Positions 39,231 through 53,635 of a DNA stretch of 64,000 bases are shown one piece after another. The notes under the pieces are model-generated. The model was not told where the DNA came from, made no database searches, and saw nothing but the letters and a program-made list of their open reading frames with translations. Numbering within the stretch: the first letter of the stretch is position 1; every line of letters begins with the position of its first letter. This DNA is from Eledone cirrhosa (lineage: Eukaryota), in contig OZ024741.1 in the NCBI GenBank assembly GCA_964016885.1, positions 41,974,001 to 42,038,000 on the forward strand, written 5' to 3'. Both the position numbers and the translations under genes were made by a program.

Positions 39231-39762
39231 AGTAGGAGAGAGGCAGATTATATTAAATATAACCTGTAGAAATGGATAGACAACTAGACGTTGATATAGT
39301 TCCATAGGATACTTAATGAATGGATGGCTTGAGATGTAATAAATATACATGGTTCGGGGGAGGAACTGTGATTGTTAGTTGTTGGGGAGAGTTGTAGTAA
39401 ATATATAGACTAGATAAACTGACGAATTACTGTAGAGGATTAGAGCATATATAGAGAGGAGGAGGGGGGAGGGGGATAAGAAGGAGAAGGAGAAGGAGAA
39501 GAAAGAGAAGGAGGAGAAGAAGGAGAAGGAGAAGAAGGAGAAGGAGAAGAAGAAGAAGACGACGACGACGACGTTGATGATGATGATGACGACGACGACG
39601 ACGATGACGACGACGACGACGATGACGATGATGACGAAGAAGAAGGAGAGGAAGAAGAAAAGGAAGAATTAAGATCAGTAACAAGTACCAGGAGCATACA
39701 TTTCGTTGGACCTGAGGCTTAACTTGTTTAACCTATGCCAATGGAAATGAACCAGAATATAT

Positions 39763-39850
39763 CATCATCATCATCATCATCGTTTAATGTCTATCTTCTA
39801 CACTAGCATGGGTCAGACGGGAATTATCCCACTTGAGGCATAATTGATCG
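39763..39850 (-). mobile_element. Short 3' end of the (GAT)n-tailed RTE family
   Basis: (CAT)n then cgtttaatgtctatcttc...gcatggg. Confidence 0.7.
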
Positions 39851-39859
39851 GGTGTCCTT

Positions 39860-40110
39860 TTTTGAGGGCTGAGTAGTATGTTTCTTGTCAGGATGTCTGA
39901 AGGCAGTTGCATGGTTCAGGAAATGGCTTTTGGAATGGCTCTCAGACATTTCTGCATAAGTTCAGGTGTCTGTTGTGTGGTTCTGGTTGGTGGAGGTCAC
40001 TTCTGCTTCATATATCACCACTGGAGTGTTGCACTGTTGATGAAGGAGGCATACCTCTGGCCTTCTGTATGAGCATCTGGAAGGTGGAGGCTCTTGCATT
40101 TGTTGGTGAT
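39860..40110 (-). pseudogene. Degenerate PLE linker/GIY-YIG fragment
   Basis: RCS.RRPEVCLL.QQC...VIYEAEVT...NH...FRH, homologous in pattern to PLE 1 and PLE 2. Confidence 0.55.
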
Positions 40111-40369
40111 GTGAGATTAAGTTATCTTCTTTCCTCCCCACATTACAGGTGGAAGTGGCATCTTGCATACTGAGGGACAGTGAGGCCATCATCAATCCAA
40201 ATGGTCAGAGCTGATTTGAGTTCCCTTTTTGTTAGAGTTTCTGTTGTTCTTTTTATTCCACACCTAACTTTCTAGACTAGAATTTGTCGATTGATTTTCG
40301 TCAAATCGGACCGAGGAAACAATGTTTCCATTGGTCTTTCCAATTGCTAATACTATCTATCGGTCGCAG

Positions 40370-40503
40370 CTCCAGGTAGAAGGAGCAATGTGAAATAAAA
40401 TGTCTTGCTCAAGGACATGACGCATCACCCGGTCTTGAAATCGAACCAACAACCTCCCGATTACGAATCCAATTCTCTAACCACTCAGCTACACGCCTTC
40501 ACT
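40370..40503 (-). mobile_element. tRNA-derived SINE family B (head)
   Basis: Reverse complement: GTAGCTGAGTGGTTAG...GGTTCGATT...tccttgagcaagaca. Confidence 0.75.
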
Positions 40504-40880
40504 AGACTAAGACTTGATAAATATCTATCTTGTATAATTGTCCTACCCCTGCTCTAACTATTAGTCAGCCTACACTACACCTAACTTCCCACCACTACAC
40601 CTCTTTGTATTTCCTATTTACTACATTCAGGTTATATAGAGAGAAAGTTTCCCCTCATTTACATTGTTTTGATAAGCCATTAATGTCATCATAACCTTGA
40701 AGTAAACAGTCATCATTAATAACAATTATTATTTTAAGTGTATACACTGTGTATGAGTTCTTAACACAGTACATTTTTAGTGTGTTTATCAGACAAACCC
40801 ATAAACAAAGCATAAGTATGTACATATCTACATATGTGTATATATATGTGTGTATGTATGTAGTTATGTATATATGTATG

Positions 40881-41380
40881 TTTCTCTTTTTCTTAATTTA
40901 GAATACATTTTTGACCGTCCATCTTCCTGTTGGCAAGGTTGTAAAAGATAAGAAATTGTCATCCCTTAAATTGCAAGAATGTTTTGCAAATTTTGAAGGC
41001 GCCAGCTATTGCAACCATTTGTAGTCTATGAGTTAGGGAGCTGTGCTCTTTGTCCACAAATCCAAGTTGTCATACTTTGGTCTAAGCAGGCTGGTATATA
41101 ACCTGTAGCCCCAATAATGATGGATATGAAGCTAAAGGTGTATCTTGGATACTGAATCTGCAAACTCCTCATCAATGGTCTTTAATATCCTCCTTCTCCT
41201 ATATTTTTCTTACAACTTTGACATCAAGTGGGCCGCTGATCTCTACAACAGAGCACATTTTCAATGTATGGTCCCAAACGACAATATCAGGCTGGTTGTT
41301 CTTTAATTTGGTGGTAGTTTTTATTTTCAGGTCCCACCAGTATTTGTTAGTGCCATCTATCTCAACATATTCCTCCTCAT
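40881..41380 (-). mobile_element. Second copy of the RLE LINE 3' end
   Basis: Reverse complement matches 29110-29580; (TATG)n on both sides. Confidence 0.88.
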
Positions 41381-41756
41381 TTGTATGTATGTTTGTATGT
41401 ATGTAAGTGTGTATGTGTGTATGTGTGTATGTATGTATGTGTGCATGTGTGTATGTGTATATGCACGTGTGTGTATGTATGTGTGTATGTATGCATGTTT
41501 ATATGTATGCATGTGTGTGTGTATTTATATATGTATGTATGTATTGTGTATGTATGTCATTCATGCTATAAACAACTTGATGATCAGATTTATGAAGATT
41601 ATTTATCTCTAATACTTTATTACAGTGAAAACATTCTTATATCTTCATAAATGAGAATGCTGTCATACTCTAACCTAGGATGAAGAATTCTGGCACCTAG
41701 TGAACTACATAGTGACATCCTTAGTACAATGGGGGTTGAAATGAATTTCTGATGTA

Positions 41757-41950
41757 ATAATTATTTCTACTTTTGGCACAAGGCCGACAATTATCCCAGT
41801 GCATTACTGGTACTTTATTTTATCGACCTCGTAAGGATGAAAGGCAAAGTTAACCCCGGCGGGATTTGAACTCAGACCATAAAGGGCCGTAACTCTTTGC
41901 TGCAAAGCATGGCGTCCGACCCTCTACCGATACTGCCAATCCACCGCCCT
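41757..41950 (-). mobile_element. SINE family A
   Basis: Reverse complement of a full-length copy. Confidence 0.85.
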
Positions 41951-42539
41951 ATTTTCTGATGTAATAATACAAGAACAATAGATTTGTTTCTTTGCAATCT
42001 ATATATAAATTTGAGCAACTTCTGTCTGTCTGTCACACAATGTGTGTGTGTATGTGTGTTTGTAAGAATGTATGTGTGTGTAAAAGTAAGGAAGGGGATG
42101 GTGAAAACACTATAGAAAAACAGTGGCTGGCGTTCCATTTGCTATACTGTGTGTGAGTGTATGTGTATGTGTGTCTTTGTGTAAATGTATGTGTTTGTGT
42201 GAATGTAAGTGTGTATTTGTGTGAATGTTTGTCTGTGAGTGTGTATTTTTGTAAGTGTGTCTGTGTTTGTGTGTATATATTTATCTACTGTTCTTATCTC
42301 TCTCCAGCCTATCGGTCCATTCATTCATATATCCGTATCTTTTGCTCTCTCTCAATGCTATTCTATAATTCTGTCTGGTTGTTTCTAAATAATCTTCTTG
42401 TATTTTAAAACCCCATTATTCGCTTATTATTATTGTTATATGCTTCTCCAATTATGTCCAAAATCCGAAGATTTCATTTAAACCCTCTCGCTAACTACCC
42501 CATACCCGTCCCACCCACCCCCACTCTCCACCATTATTA

Positions 42540-45500
42540 TTAGGACCAATCATAAGTCAGCGGTCTATGCTATCACTTCTGGTTGCTTGCCCATATGATG
42601 GATGGACTATGGAATTCTGGAGAGTCTGAAAAATCTGGACACTCAGTGACAATGCTAAAGATAAAGACAAATTCACCACATGCTGCCGGACGAAAAGACA
42701 ATGACTCCTCTTTGTTTCGGCCGCGGATGGCCAACATAATCCCAACCCCCTCCCCCTCCCCCCTCCCCGCCGTTCCACCCACCAAACGCAATCCAAAACT
42801 TCAGAGTTGGTACCATGAATGTAGGCACCTTAAAAGGTCGCCCTAACGAGGTTGTAGAAACGTAAGGAGGTTGATGTTTGCTGTATCCAAGAGACAAGGT
42901 GGAGGGTGGGTCTGCTAGATTCATTGTGGGTAAAAAACGATGCTATAAGCTTTTCTGGGTGGGAAAAAGATGGGCTGGGTGGGGTAGGAATCATGTTAGC
43001 AGAAAAATGGGTAGATAAGATAATAGACGTAAATAGAGTGAACGACAGAATAATTAAAATAAGACTTATCTTAAATATAACTACTGTGACAGTAATATCT
43101 GCGTATGCACACGAAACCGGACTGCCTGGCGCTATAAAAGACAGATTCTATGAGACATTGATGCTCACTACCTCCCAAATAACCGACAGTGACTACGTAA
43201 TTATTGCTGGCGACATAAATGGTCACGTTGGACAACATTGTGACGGCTATGATGGAATCCATGGAGGCTATGGGTTTGGTACTAGAAATGAGCAAGGCTC
43301 CAGAATCCTGGAATTCTGCGACGCAAATAACTTAACTATCTGTAACACTAACTTCAAAAAAACGAGACAATCACTTGATCACCTATAGATCAGGGAAACA
43401 CGCCAGTCAGATAGATTATATCCTTACCAGAAGACGTGATAGAGTGTCTGTTGTAAACACTAAATCCCTCCCCCATGAAGAATGCACCTCCCAACATAGA
43501 CTCATAGTCAGCGACCTCATAGTCAGGACAAGATGTACTCGACAACAGAGGAGGACTATCCTCAGGAGAAAAATATGGAAGCTAAAGGACCCCACAGCCA
43601 GTAATAAATTTAAAAGCATATTACTTGATGCTTTCGACAATAAGGAAGAGCAATTAGAGTCGTACAATATAGAGGAACAGTGGGAATTCCTGAAAGCTAA
43701 CCTGCTGAAGGCGGCAGATGATGTGTGTGGCTGGAGCAGGCCTAGAGGCAGGAGGAGAGTAACATGGTGGTGGAATAGTAAGGTGGAGGAGTCAATTAAG
43801 ACCAAAAAGCAGGCTTGGAAAGTATGGCGGGATGGGGGAAGTAGAGAAGACTATCAAGTGGCTAGGAGGGAAGCTAGGAGACAAGTGTACTTCACAAGAA
43901 GGGAAGCAGAGGAAAGAAAGTTCAAGCATGTTCTACAACGCGAGGACCAAAAACGTGAGGTGTTCAAGATTGCTAGTCAATGTGTCAAGGAAAACCGTGA
44001 TATTGTCGGGGAGAAGTGTGTCCTTAATAATGATGGTGTACTTGCCATCACTGACGCTGATAAGAAGGTAGCTTGGAAGTGTCACTACGAAAGGCTACTA
44101 AATGAGGAGAATAAATGGGAGAAAGACAGTCTCCTCCACATCGATCCAATAGAGGGACCAGCAGTGCGAGTTGAAGGTAGTATAATAAGTAAGGCAATCA
44201 ATGATATGAAGACAGGTAAGGTGCTCGGGCCTTCGGAAATGGTTGCTGAAATGCTAAAAGCATCTGGAACGGTGGGACACACTATGGTCACCCAGATAGT
44301 AAACCAAGTCATACAGAATGGGGCCATTCCGAAGGACTGGCGTAGCAGCTTCATCATTAACTGCTACAAGGGTAAAGGAGATGCTCTATAGAGGCATTAA
44401 ATTAATCGACCAGGTCATGAAGGTCACAGAAGAAGTAATAGCGCAACTAATCAGAGAACGAATTGATCTAGATGAAATGCAGTTCGGGTTTGTGTCAGGT
44501 AAAAGTACCACAGACGCTCTTTTCATTGTACGACAACTACAAGAGAAGTACCTAGCTAAAAGTAAACCCTTATACTTAGCTTTTGTTGACTTGGAGAAAG
44601 CCTTTGACAGAGTGCCCCGCCCCATTATCTGGTGGGCGCTTAGAAAACTAGGTGTTGATAAATGGCTTGTGAGAGCTATACAAGCCATGTATAAAGAAAC
44701 AGTCAGTAAGGTTAGAATTAACAACGTATATAGTGAAGAGTTTAGCGTAAAAGTTGGGGTTCATCAGGGCTCTGTTCTTAGCCCCCTACTATTTATTATT
44801 GCCCTTCAGGCTATAACAGAGGAGTTCAAGACCGGCAGCCCATGGGAACTCCTATATGAAGATGATCTAATGCTCATAGCTGAATCAATGGCTGAACTAG
44901 AGAAGAAATTCCAAACATGGAAGCATGGCCTAGAATCAAATGGCCTTAAAGTTAACTTGTCTAAGACTAAAGTTCTAATTTGTAGGAAGGAAAATAGGGC
45001 ACCGGTCTCATCTGGGAAATGGCCATGCTCAGTGTGTAGGAAAGGAGTGGGCAGAAACTCCATTTTATGTCCCAAATGCAAAGTATGGGTGCATAAAAGA
45101 TGTAGTGGGATCACAGGTAAGCTAACTAAGAATATAGATATTATATGTGGCCGGTGATCTGGTGCAATAAGTAGCAGCAAGTGCCCACAGAATACTAACT
45201 CATTCCATTGCACAGATGGTACTATAGAAATAGTGGACACATTCCGTTACCTGGGGGACAAAATCAACAGTGGGGGAGGGTGCTCTGAAAGTACAGTAGC
45301 TAGAGTCAGAACGGGATGGAAAAAGTTCAGAGAGATTATACCACTATTGGCCGCTAAAGGGTTCTCTCTAAAAATGAAAGGCAGGCTGTATGATGCCTGC
45401 ATACGAACAGCAATGTTACATGGCAGTGAGACCTTGGCATTGTGTGCAGAGGATATACGCAGACTGGAGAGAAACCAAGCTTGCATGCTCCGCTGGACGT

Positions 45501-46182
45501 GTAATAGTAATATACGTGAACGGCAAAGCATAAACGAACTAAGGGAGAAATTAGGAATAAGAGGGATCAGATGTTGTTTACTCGAGAGAAGACTACGTTG
45601 GTACAGTCACGTGATGCGCATGAAAGACGACAGCTGTATAAAAAAGTGCAGGGCGGTAAAAATAGACGGTAGCCACGGAGTAGGCAGACCCAGAAAAATC
45701 TAGGGACGACTTGATAAATTCCGACCTCACACACTTACACCTCTCCAAGACAATGTCAATGGACTGAGATGTATTACACAGTATTACAGAAGACCCGCCT
45801 TGCCTAAGTACAAAGCGAAACCTACAGTCAGTAGGCACCTCTAACTAAATACACCCCACCGCCGTCCCACTACCGCCACCCAATCCACACCATCCCCTTA
45901 AATGTGAAGTTATGTTGGTACCACAACATCCAGTCCGAAACAAATGAGGTCGTGTAGGTGTCACGACGAAAAAAACACACAGTCCACGCTGTAATGTGGC
46001 CATGTAGGTAAACGTGGGTAAACGTGGTTGGTGTTAGGAAGGGCATCCAGCCGTAGAAAACCCGCCAGACAGTCCTATATGAGCAGGACAACAAATCTTG
46101 CCTCAAGTGGGAAACCTCCCGTCCAAACCCATGCAAGCGTGGAAGATGGACGTTAAACGATGATGATGATGATGATGATGAT
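42540..46182 (+). mobile_element. Near-full-length RTE-clade LINE, frameshifted; Cys/His-rich insert after RT; (GAT)n tail
   Basis: VGTMNVGTL, IQET, GDINGHVG, QIDYIL, FVDLEKAFD, VHQGSVLSP, LYEDD, CSVC...C..C...VH..C, FRYLG. Confidence 0.92.
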
Positions 46183-46449
46183 ACTTTGGGAGGGTGATGT
46201 TGCCAATAAAAAGACACCCAGCTGTGGTTTTCACTTCAATTTATTATAAATTTCGGTTGGCTGGTTGGTTGGTTTGATAACCAGAAGGTTGTTTATATAT
46301 TGTCAAAGCTCTTTCGTCACACATTCTGTGACCTCCTCAGTGACTAGTTTTTTATTTTGTGTGTCTCTCCTTTGTTCTGTCTTACACCATCTTGTTTTTG
46401 TGTGTTGTGTGTTTAGTTTGCGCATGCGTTACATCTGGGTGAGTGTGTG

Positions 46450-46800
46450 TCATCATCATCATCATCATTTCATTTTACGTCAACTTTTTCCTTGCTTGCA
46501 AGGGTGGGACGGGAACTGATTCTGGCTTGATTTCTTCAGCTGGATGCCCTTCCTAACACCAACCTCATTTTACAGTGAGTGCTGGGTGCTTTTTTGCCGT
46601 GGCACCTCCGCGACCACTTTGCAGTGGAATGATAGGGACCCCAGTCCCTATCATCTCATTTTTACAGCTGAGTAAACTGGAGCAGTGTGAAATAAAGTGT
46701 CTTGCTCAAGGAAACAACACATCACCTGGTCTGAGAATTGAACTCACAACCTTTCGATTGCAAGGCCAATGCTCTAACCACTAAGCCATGTGCCTCCATG
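46450..46800 (-). mobile_element. SINE family B copy ending in an RTE-like 3' end with (GAT)n
   Basis: tRNA-like head at 46700-46800 (minus), cttgagcaagacac core, gttaggaagggcatccagc tail. Confidence 0.7.
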
Positions 46801-48114
46801 TGTTTTTATTTATTTATGTGGTTGTCTGTTCTATCTGTGTGTGCCTGATAATACATTGAAGTGAAAACCAACAGGTGCATGTGTTTTTATTGGTAACATG
46901 ACCCTCCCAAAGTATAACAATATCTGTTTCATCGCACATTTTCAGATAAGAAATCTTACAAAACAAATTCAAAAATGAATTCTTTATATACTCATACATA
47001 TAAATGTATGCATATGCGCATTCACACCTGCACACACATATACACATGTGTCAGCATGTTGAAAAGAATCCTAGTACTATATAGTGTACTCTGAGTTCAA
47101 ATCTCATGTTGTGTGATAGGAAAATTGGTGACAATTCTGTCAGATGTTGTGACTGACAGATAGTGTCAGCAATGGAAAAACCAATGGAAATAGTTTTATT
47201 AATCTAAAAAAATTAGCCCTTTCCTGTAGTGATTGCACATGGCCTAATGGTTAGGCTATTGATGGATATGATTCCTGGACCAGATGTGGTATTGTGTTCT
47301 TGAGCAAGGCCTTTCATTTTACATAGTTTTACACCTTAGAAGCTTCACACGAGATTCAACATTGTAGGAAGCCAGTTAAACTTGCATAAGTGTGAGCTGT
47401 ACTTTTCATTTCATTATTTAATATTTACTGAAGTTGAATCCCAGATTCAGCTGGCTCCAGCTGCCAACATCTGAAATGGGAGCCTATCCAGGGTTACATA
47501 CCACCCTTGCTTGACTTTGAAAGGTTATTATTTTTTTTGTAGTGTTGAGAATGGATGAGTGATGGAGCATATGGCTAGCAACCTTACTGCCATTAATCAA
47601 AATTGTTACAGAAATGTCGAGCAGATAAATGACCTAGTGGGAGTAGGCCCACAACAAGGATTGTAACTGTATGGAATGGAAATCTCTTGTTGCCCAAAGT
47701 TTCATGAGGAGCAAAAAGAATTAAACAGGAAGATTTATACTGTTACCATAATAAATATGTTACATCTAAAAAAAATTGAATGTCTCCAATGAAATTTTAG
47801 ACTATCATTCCATCATTGAAGACAGAGAAATATGCAAATCACTTTCTTTTCTTATTTTGTTTAATAATTTATTTGTTTATATTTTTCTAAGTTCAGTATT
47901 GGAATTTCTACCAATTTACTTTGCTATGAATTGTTTTTTTTTTCTTTAAGAAAGAGCCTTATTATATATTCAGTTTTATTATTTCCAGAATTCTTGTATC
48001 ACAACTAATAATATTCACAAATATTATCTTGAAATTTCGTTAGGTTTCAAATAAAGATTTAACAAAATTTGTGTGTTCATGTGTATGTGTATATATGTAT
48101 GTATATATATATAA

Positions 48115-48167
<53 letters not shown>

Positions 48168-48285
48168 AATATATATATATATATGTATATAAATATGTAT
48201 AAAATATGTATATATATATGTATATAAATATATATATATATATATATATGTATATAAATATGTATAAAATATGTATATAAATATG

Positions 48286-48331
<46 letters not shown>

Positions 48332-48494
48332 TATATATATATATGTATATACACACACATATATATATATATATACATGTACCAAGAACTTGAACATGAA
48401 CAAGAAAAAGACACCAACAAAAGTTGTTTTTTTTATTGAACCATAATCTCGTTAAAGAAAATTAAAATAACAATATTAAAAATAACAATGATAA

Positions 48495-48945
48495 AAATAA
48501 TAGTTATGGTGGCGATGATGATGATGATGGTGAGGATGATGATGAGAATGATGATGACAATGATGATGGTGATGATGGTTGTGATGATGACAATGAGAAT
48601 GATTACGATGATGATTTTGATGATGGTGGTGATGATGATGATGATGACGACGGTGGTGAGAATGATGACAGCGATGATGATGGTGATGGTGAGAATGGTG
48701 ATGATGATGATGATGGTTAGAATGATGATGATGATGATGATGATGGCGGTGGTAAGAATGATGCTGATCACAGTGGTGAGAATGGTGATGATGATGATGA
48801 CAGTGGTGAGAATGGTGATGATGATGATGGTGATAATGGTGAGAATAATGATGATGATGATGATGATGGTGAGAATGATGACAGTGATGATAATGATGAT
48901 GATGATATTCATAATAAGTAGCAATAATAATAATGATAATAAGAG
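48495..48945. repeat. (GAT)n-derived trinucleotide repeat
   Basis: Directly visible. Confidence 0.95.
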
Positions 48946-49294
48946 ACAGTAAAAATGGTAGAGTAGAAATAACACATCACTATCATTTACAGAGAAAAGA
49001 TCTTTTAACAAATTTCACAGTTTAAAGAAATTAGATGTTGCAAGTCGTCTTTTGAATGCTTTTTCTACAGCGAGACATTTTTCATAAAACCTTGTCAATG
49101 GATATTGCCAAGGGCAGTTAATTGTGAAAGTATTCAACAATTGGTTGTGTTGTAAACATAACAGTAATATGGCTAAGATATTTCTCAGCTCTTATTCACA
49201 AGTATACACTCTTGTAAGTATCACTACTTATTATTATCGAATATTTCTTTCTTCAAATCATCAACACATATTTCTTCTTATGTGTATATGTATC

Positions 49295-49302
49295 TTCATC
49301 AG

Positions 49303-49336
<34 letters not shown>

Positions 49337-49578
49337 GTTTAACGTCTATCTTCCACGCTAGCATGGGTTAGACGGGAATTGCCCACTTGAGGCAAGATTG
49401 GTCGGGCAACCATGTCTCACTCGTATAGGACTATCTGGCAGTTTTTCTACAGCTGGATGCCCTTCCTAACACCAACCACATTTACAGTGTAGACTGGGAG
49501 CTTTTTACCGTGTTACCTACATGGCCACATTACAGCATGGACTGTGTTTTTTTTTGTCATGACACTTACACGACCTCA
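49295..49578 (-). mobile_element. 3' end of the (GAT)n-tailed RTE family
   Basis: Reverse complement matches 45945-46182; a plus-strand copy lies at 49958-50170. Confidence 0.8.
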
Positions 49579-50204
49579 TATATATATATATATGTATATA
49601 TAAATATAGATTCAGTGAGAATCGCATTTCGGCGGGTAGAAATGGCGAAACGAAACGCAAAAATCAGAAATGATACTGGCAAGCGCTCGATAGTTAAAAA
49701 ACCACAGCTAAAACAATATGTTAAGAGGCCATACAAAACTGAAATAGTGGTCAAGAAAGCATCAACCACCTAAGCCAAAAAGCAAATCAAGCTAAACAGG
49801 TCAAAACAAAATAAATGATAAAAAAAATATATATACACATACACACCTACTCCATCCTCCCATAGAGAGAGAGAGAGACAGAGAAGGGGACATTATATAT
49901 ATATCATCATATATATATATATACATATACACACACATCTACTCCATCTTCCCATTTCCGTCCACTGTAAAGTGGTCATGTAGGTGACGCGACAGAAAGC
50001 ACCCAGTCCACACTGTACAGTGGCCGTGTAGGAGACATGGTAAAAAGGCTACCAGAGACAGTTCTGTATGAGTGAGACATGGTCTCCTGACCAATCTCGC
50101 CTCAATTGGGACAAAACCGTCCAACCCATGCTAGCGTGGAAGATGGACGTTACACGATGATGCTGATGATATATATATAATAATAATAATAATAATAGTA
50201 ATAA

Positions 50205-50490
50205 ATGAAAGATATAAGACTATAGCATCACTATTTATTTCATTATATATATTTCAGAGATGCTAGATTATAGTATGCCTTCTTCAGACAAAATAGAATA
50301 TTAGATGTATAATGGGTATGACAAACCCATTTGGAATTGATCAGATATGGTCACTCTTTTGAGTATGTCATATAACATTTTATACATCTAATATTCTATT
50401 TTGTTTGAAGAAGGCATGCTATAATTTAGCATCCCTGAAATATATATAATGAAATAAATAGTGATGCTATAGTGTTATATCTTACGTTTA
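50205..50490. mobile_element. Mini palindromic PLE derivative
   Basis: 50209-50312 vs 50380-50483 inverted; one HHR per arm. Confidence 0.8.
50236..50295 (-). ncRNA. Type I hammerhead ribozyme (mirror 50397-50456 plus has C3>T)
   Basis: TATTTTGT-CTGAAGA-AGG...TCT-GAAA-TATATA-T-A-ATGAAATA; palindromic stem III ATATATAT. Confidence 0.8.
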
Positions 50491-50929
50491 TTACTATTAT
50501 TATCACAATACTCCAGATAAATTTTATCTGTCGAGTGCTTCGTATCTGTTATGAACATAACTCTGTTGATTACATATCAACAAAGTCTCTAATTCATTGT
50601 TTATATATATCATCATCATCGTCATCATCTTCGTTTAACATCCAGCTTCTACGCTAGCATGAGTTAGACGGTATATATATATATATATATGTATGAATAT
50701 ATAAGCAATTAAATTGAATTACTACAATGATTGCATAATGCAAATACATGTGTTTCATTAGCAAGTTAGGTAACACCAACTTTTCAATTCACCATGTTGT
50801 GATTCATGTTGTATACATCATAAAGTATCCCAGAGACTGACTGTTCTGACCCTTTGGATATATTTTACTTAAAATTTTTGCTATTATATATAGGGGGATT
50901 GATAACTCACTTGACTAATTTTTTTTTTT

Positions 50930-51300
50930 AACTGGCTGTCATATATTTAACTGAAACCAATGTAAAGACCCCTCTTCGATCATGAATGACAATGGGACTT
51001 GAGCCTAGAAAGTTCTCCTTCTGAGGCTCAAGTCCATGCAAGGTTGTTTGTGGAAGACCAGCAATTGCCCATGCATACCAGCCTCCCCTCTCTATGCCAC
51101 CAAGGATGTCTAAGGGATAAGCAATGGCTGATACAGCTTGATACCAGGGATGTTGCAACTCATTTCTACAGTAAACTGGAGCAACATAAAATCAAGTGTC
51201 TTGCTCAAGGATACAACACATCACCCGGACTGAGAATAGAATTCACAACCTCACAATTGAAGGCTCAACGTTCTAACCACTATGTCATTAGCCTACACAA
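50930..51300 (-). mobile_element. SINE family B-headed repeat
   Basis: 51165-51300 matches the head at 46665-46800; body assignment less certain. Confidence 0.6.
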
Positions 51301-51699
51301 CTGAAATCAATGTCAATGTATATAAATGATATTTCAGAGTTGATTTACTTTATCAAATAGAATTCTGATCTGAATATAATCTGATCCCCCTGTTTTATGT
51401 CTGAGAAATAAGTGACAATTTAAACCTTGTTTATAAACGTAGACAGCTTATCAACTCATTTAGATGGCGTATATAAGTCCCCCCCCCCCTACCCATTTTA
51501 CCATCAATATTTTGGTCACATATTCCTTGGCTTATATTCAAATATATATGGTAGAATTGTTTAATATGTTGCATATCTTACATGACCTGTCATTTAACAA
51601 ACAAAACTACAGTCAACAAAGTTGCAAAAATGGTCAGGAAAGGTTGAATTAATCTAACAATTTAAGACATAATAGACAAGAAACCCAGTTAATGAAGTG

Positions 51700-52055
51700 C
51701 AAGGGTTGGCTAAAAGGTTCATAGGCTGACTATGAAGGAGGGATGCTAGAGATGTGAAATCTTGCATACATTAATTTCATCTCTTCTTATCAATAATTGT
51801 ATTGTTTCTTTCCAAGAACTATTCTGAAAAATAGGCCTCATTTGGTCATTCCATGAGAGTATCTTGGTCAGCTTATGAAGGAGTGATGCTAGAGATGAGA
51901 AATCTTGCATGCATTAATTTCAACTCTTCTTATTAGTCACTACATTGTTTTTTCCAGGAACTATGCTGAAAAATAAGCCTCATTTGTTCATTCCATGAGA
52001 GTATCTTGGTCAGCCAATGACCTTTTTAGCTTATGAACTTTTCAGCCAATCCTTG
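51700..52055. mobile_element. mariner-type MITE with internal ~140-bp tandem duplication
   Basis: TIRs caagggttggctaaaaggttcataggct / agcttatgaacttttcagccaatccttg; 51732-51872 repeated at 51875-52014. Confidence 0.7.
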
Positions 52056-52195
52056 TTCCTAAAAATTATCAGTGCTTCACTTAGACATTTTAAAGTCATT
52101 ATCATTAGACATATACCTGAGATCATTTAACAAGGATTTGTAATCAAACATGTTAGGGTATTAAAGTCTGTATATGTTACACACTGTCTATATAT

Positions 52196-52480
52196 GGAGG
52201 GTGTGTGGCCTAGAGGTAAGGGTGTTGGACTTACAAGCATAAGGTTGTGGGTTCGATTCCTGGGCTGGGTTGTGTGTTGTGTTCTTGAGCAAAACACTTC
52301 ATTTCACATTGCTACAGTATACTCAACTGAAAAAAGTGAGTACTAGCAATAGTTGGGGGTTTAACCCTGCAATGGATTGGCTTCTCAACAAGGGGGAGTC
52401 TGGTACCCTCAGTCGCTTCATGCCACAAAACCAAGATAAACAATGGCCTGATGAACCTCCTGGCTTGAGACAGACTTTAG
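52196..52480 (+). mobile_element. tRNA-derived SINE family B
   Basis: A-box-like GTGGCCTAGAGG, B-box GGTTCGATTCC, ttcttgagcaaaacact core. Confidence 0.8.
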
Positions 52481-52628
52481 ATTAGAGAGAATGTTTGGCC
52501 AAACACTTCAAACTTATTTCAATCAAGTAATTTAAATTATAAAATTCTTTTGACAAATCTTTTAAATTATTCATTTTATCATAATAATATCCGAAGTGGA
52601 AGGATTAGAAAAGAGTTAGGTGTCTTAA

Positions 52629-52849
52629 CCCTTTAGCATTTAAACCAACTGTATCCAGCCAGAATTCTCTTACCTCTATCTATTCAAACCATCTGTAACT
52701 GGCTGCTCATACTGATGTTAAGGTATTGTTCCCAAAATAAATAATACTAAAATCTCATAGATTTGATATTATGTTGGATAATTATGTGAGGTAACGCCTT
52801 TTCTGCGAAAAAACAATAGAAAATATAGAGTAATGTAAATGTTAAAGGG
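52629..52849. mobile_element. piggyBac-type MITE, copy 2 (opposite orientation)
   Basis: TTAA-CCCTTTAGCATTTA...TAAATGTTAAAGGG-TTAA. Confidence 0.82.
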
Positions 52850-53068
52850 TTAAACATATCAAAAACATACACAAAGTTCCAAAACGTTAAGTTTTAAACC
52901 AAGGTTTTTTCAAACATTTTCCGACGTGGAAAATTTATCTTAAAACCCACCATTCGTTGTTATAAAAATATCTTGGATTATAAAGTTTGTGTAACAGTTA
53001 ATTCATATAACAGTGCTAAATTTTCTGAGTCTGAGGTAGCTTCATAACAAATTTGACAATATAACATT

Positions 53069-53257
53069 GGTGGATTGGCAGTATCGGTAGAGGGTCAGAC
53101 ACCATGCTTTCCAGCATAGTTACGTCCCTTTACGATCTGAGTTCAAATCCCGCCGAGGTTGACTTTGCCTTTCATCCTTACGGGGTCAATAAAATAAAGT
53201 ACCAGTAATGCACTGGGTAATTGCTGGCCTTGTGCCTAAAGTAGAAATAATTATTAT
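53069..53257 (+). mobile_element. SINE family A
   Basis: A/B boxes, core, TTA tail. Confidence 0.85.
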
Positions 53258-53344
53258 GAAAACAAAAATTTATTTAAGCCAGCAATTTTTAGTTATGAAG
53301 TTCTAACCAAAGCTATATTTCTTGAAAGATGAGGAATTAAAACC

Positions 53345-53635
53345 ATTTCTGAGTCACTCCAAGTAGAGCCACCAATTCTCTGAATCAAGAGATCACAACT
53401 CCAATACTATGGACAAATGGTTAGAATATCCCATGAAAGAATTGCTGGACAGATTTTATGGGCAAAACCAACCTGCAGGAGACCCAAAGGTAGACCCCGA
53501 GCAAGATGGTTGGATGACATCCATGAGCTTGGTTGGAGACAGTAGCTTCTGACAGGAACCACTGGAAGGATGGAAGGAGTGTTTGAGGACTCAACCCCCA
53601 CGACCCTCTCAGGAATAAGTGGATGAAGAAGAAGA
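53345..53635 (+). mobile_element. 3' end of the (GAA)n-tailed RTE family
   Basis: Matches 7120-7417. Confidence 0.82.

Noticed and set aside
52196-52270. tRNA gene
   Set aside because: A/B boxes only, no complete cloverleaf; continues into a SINE body
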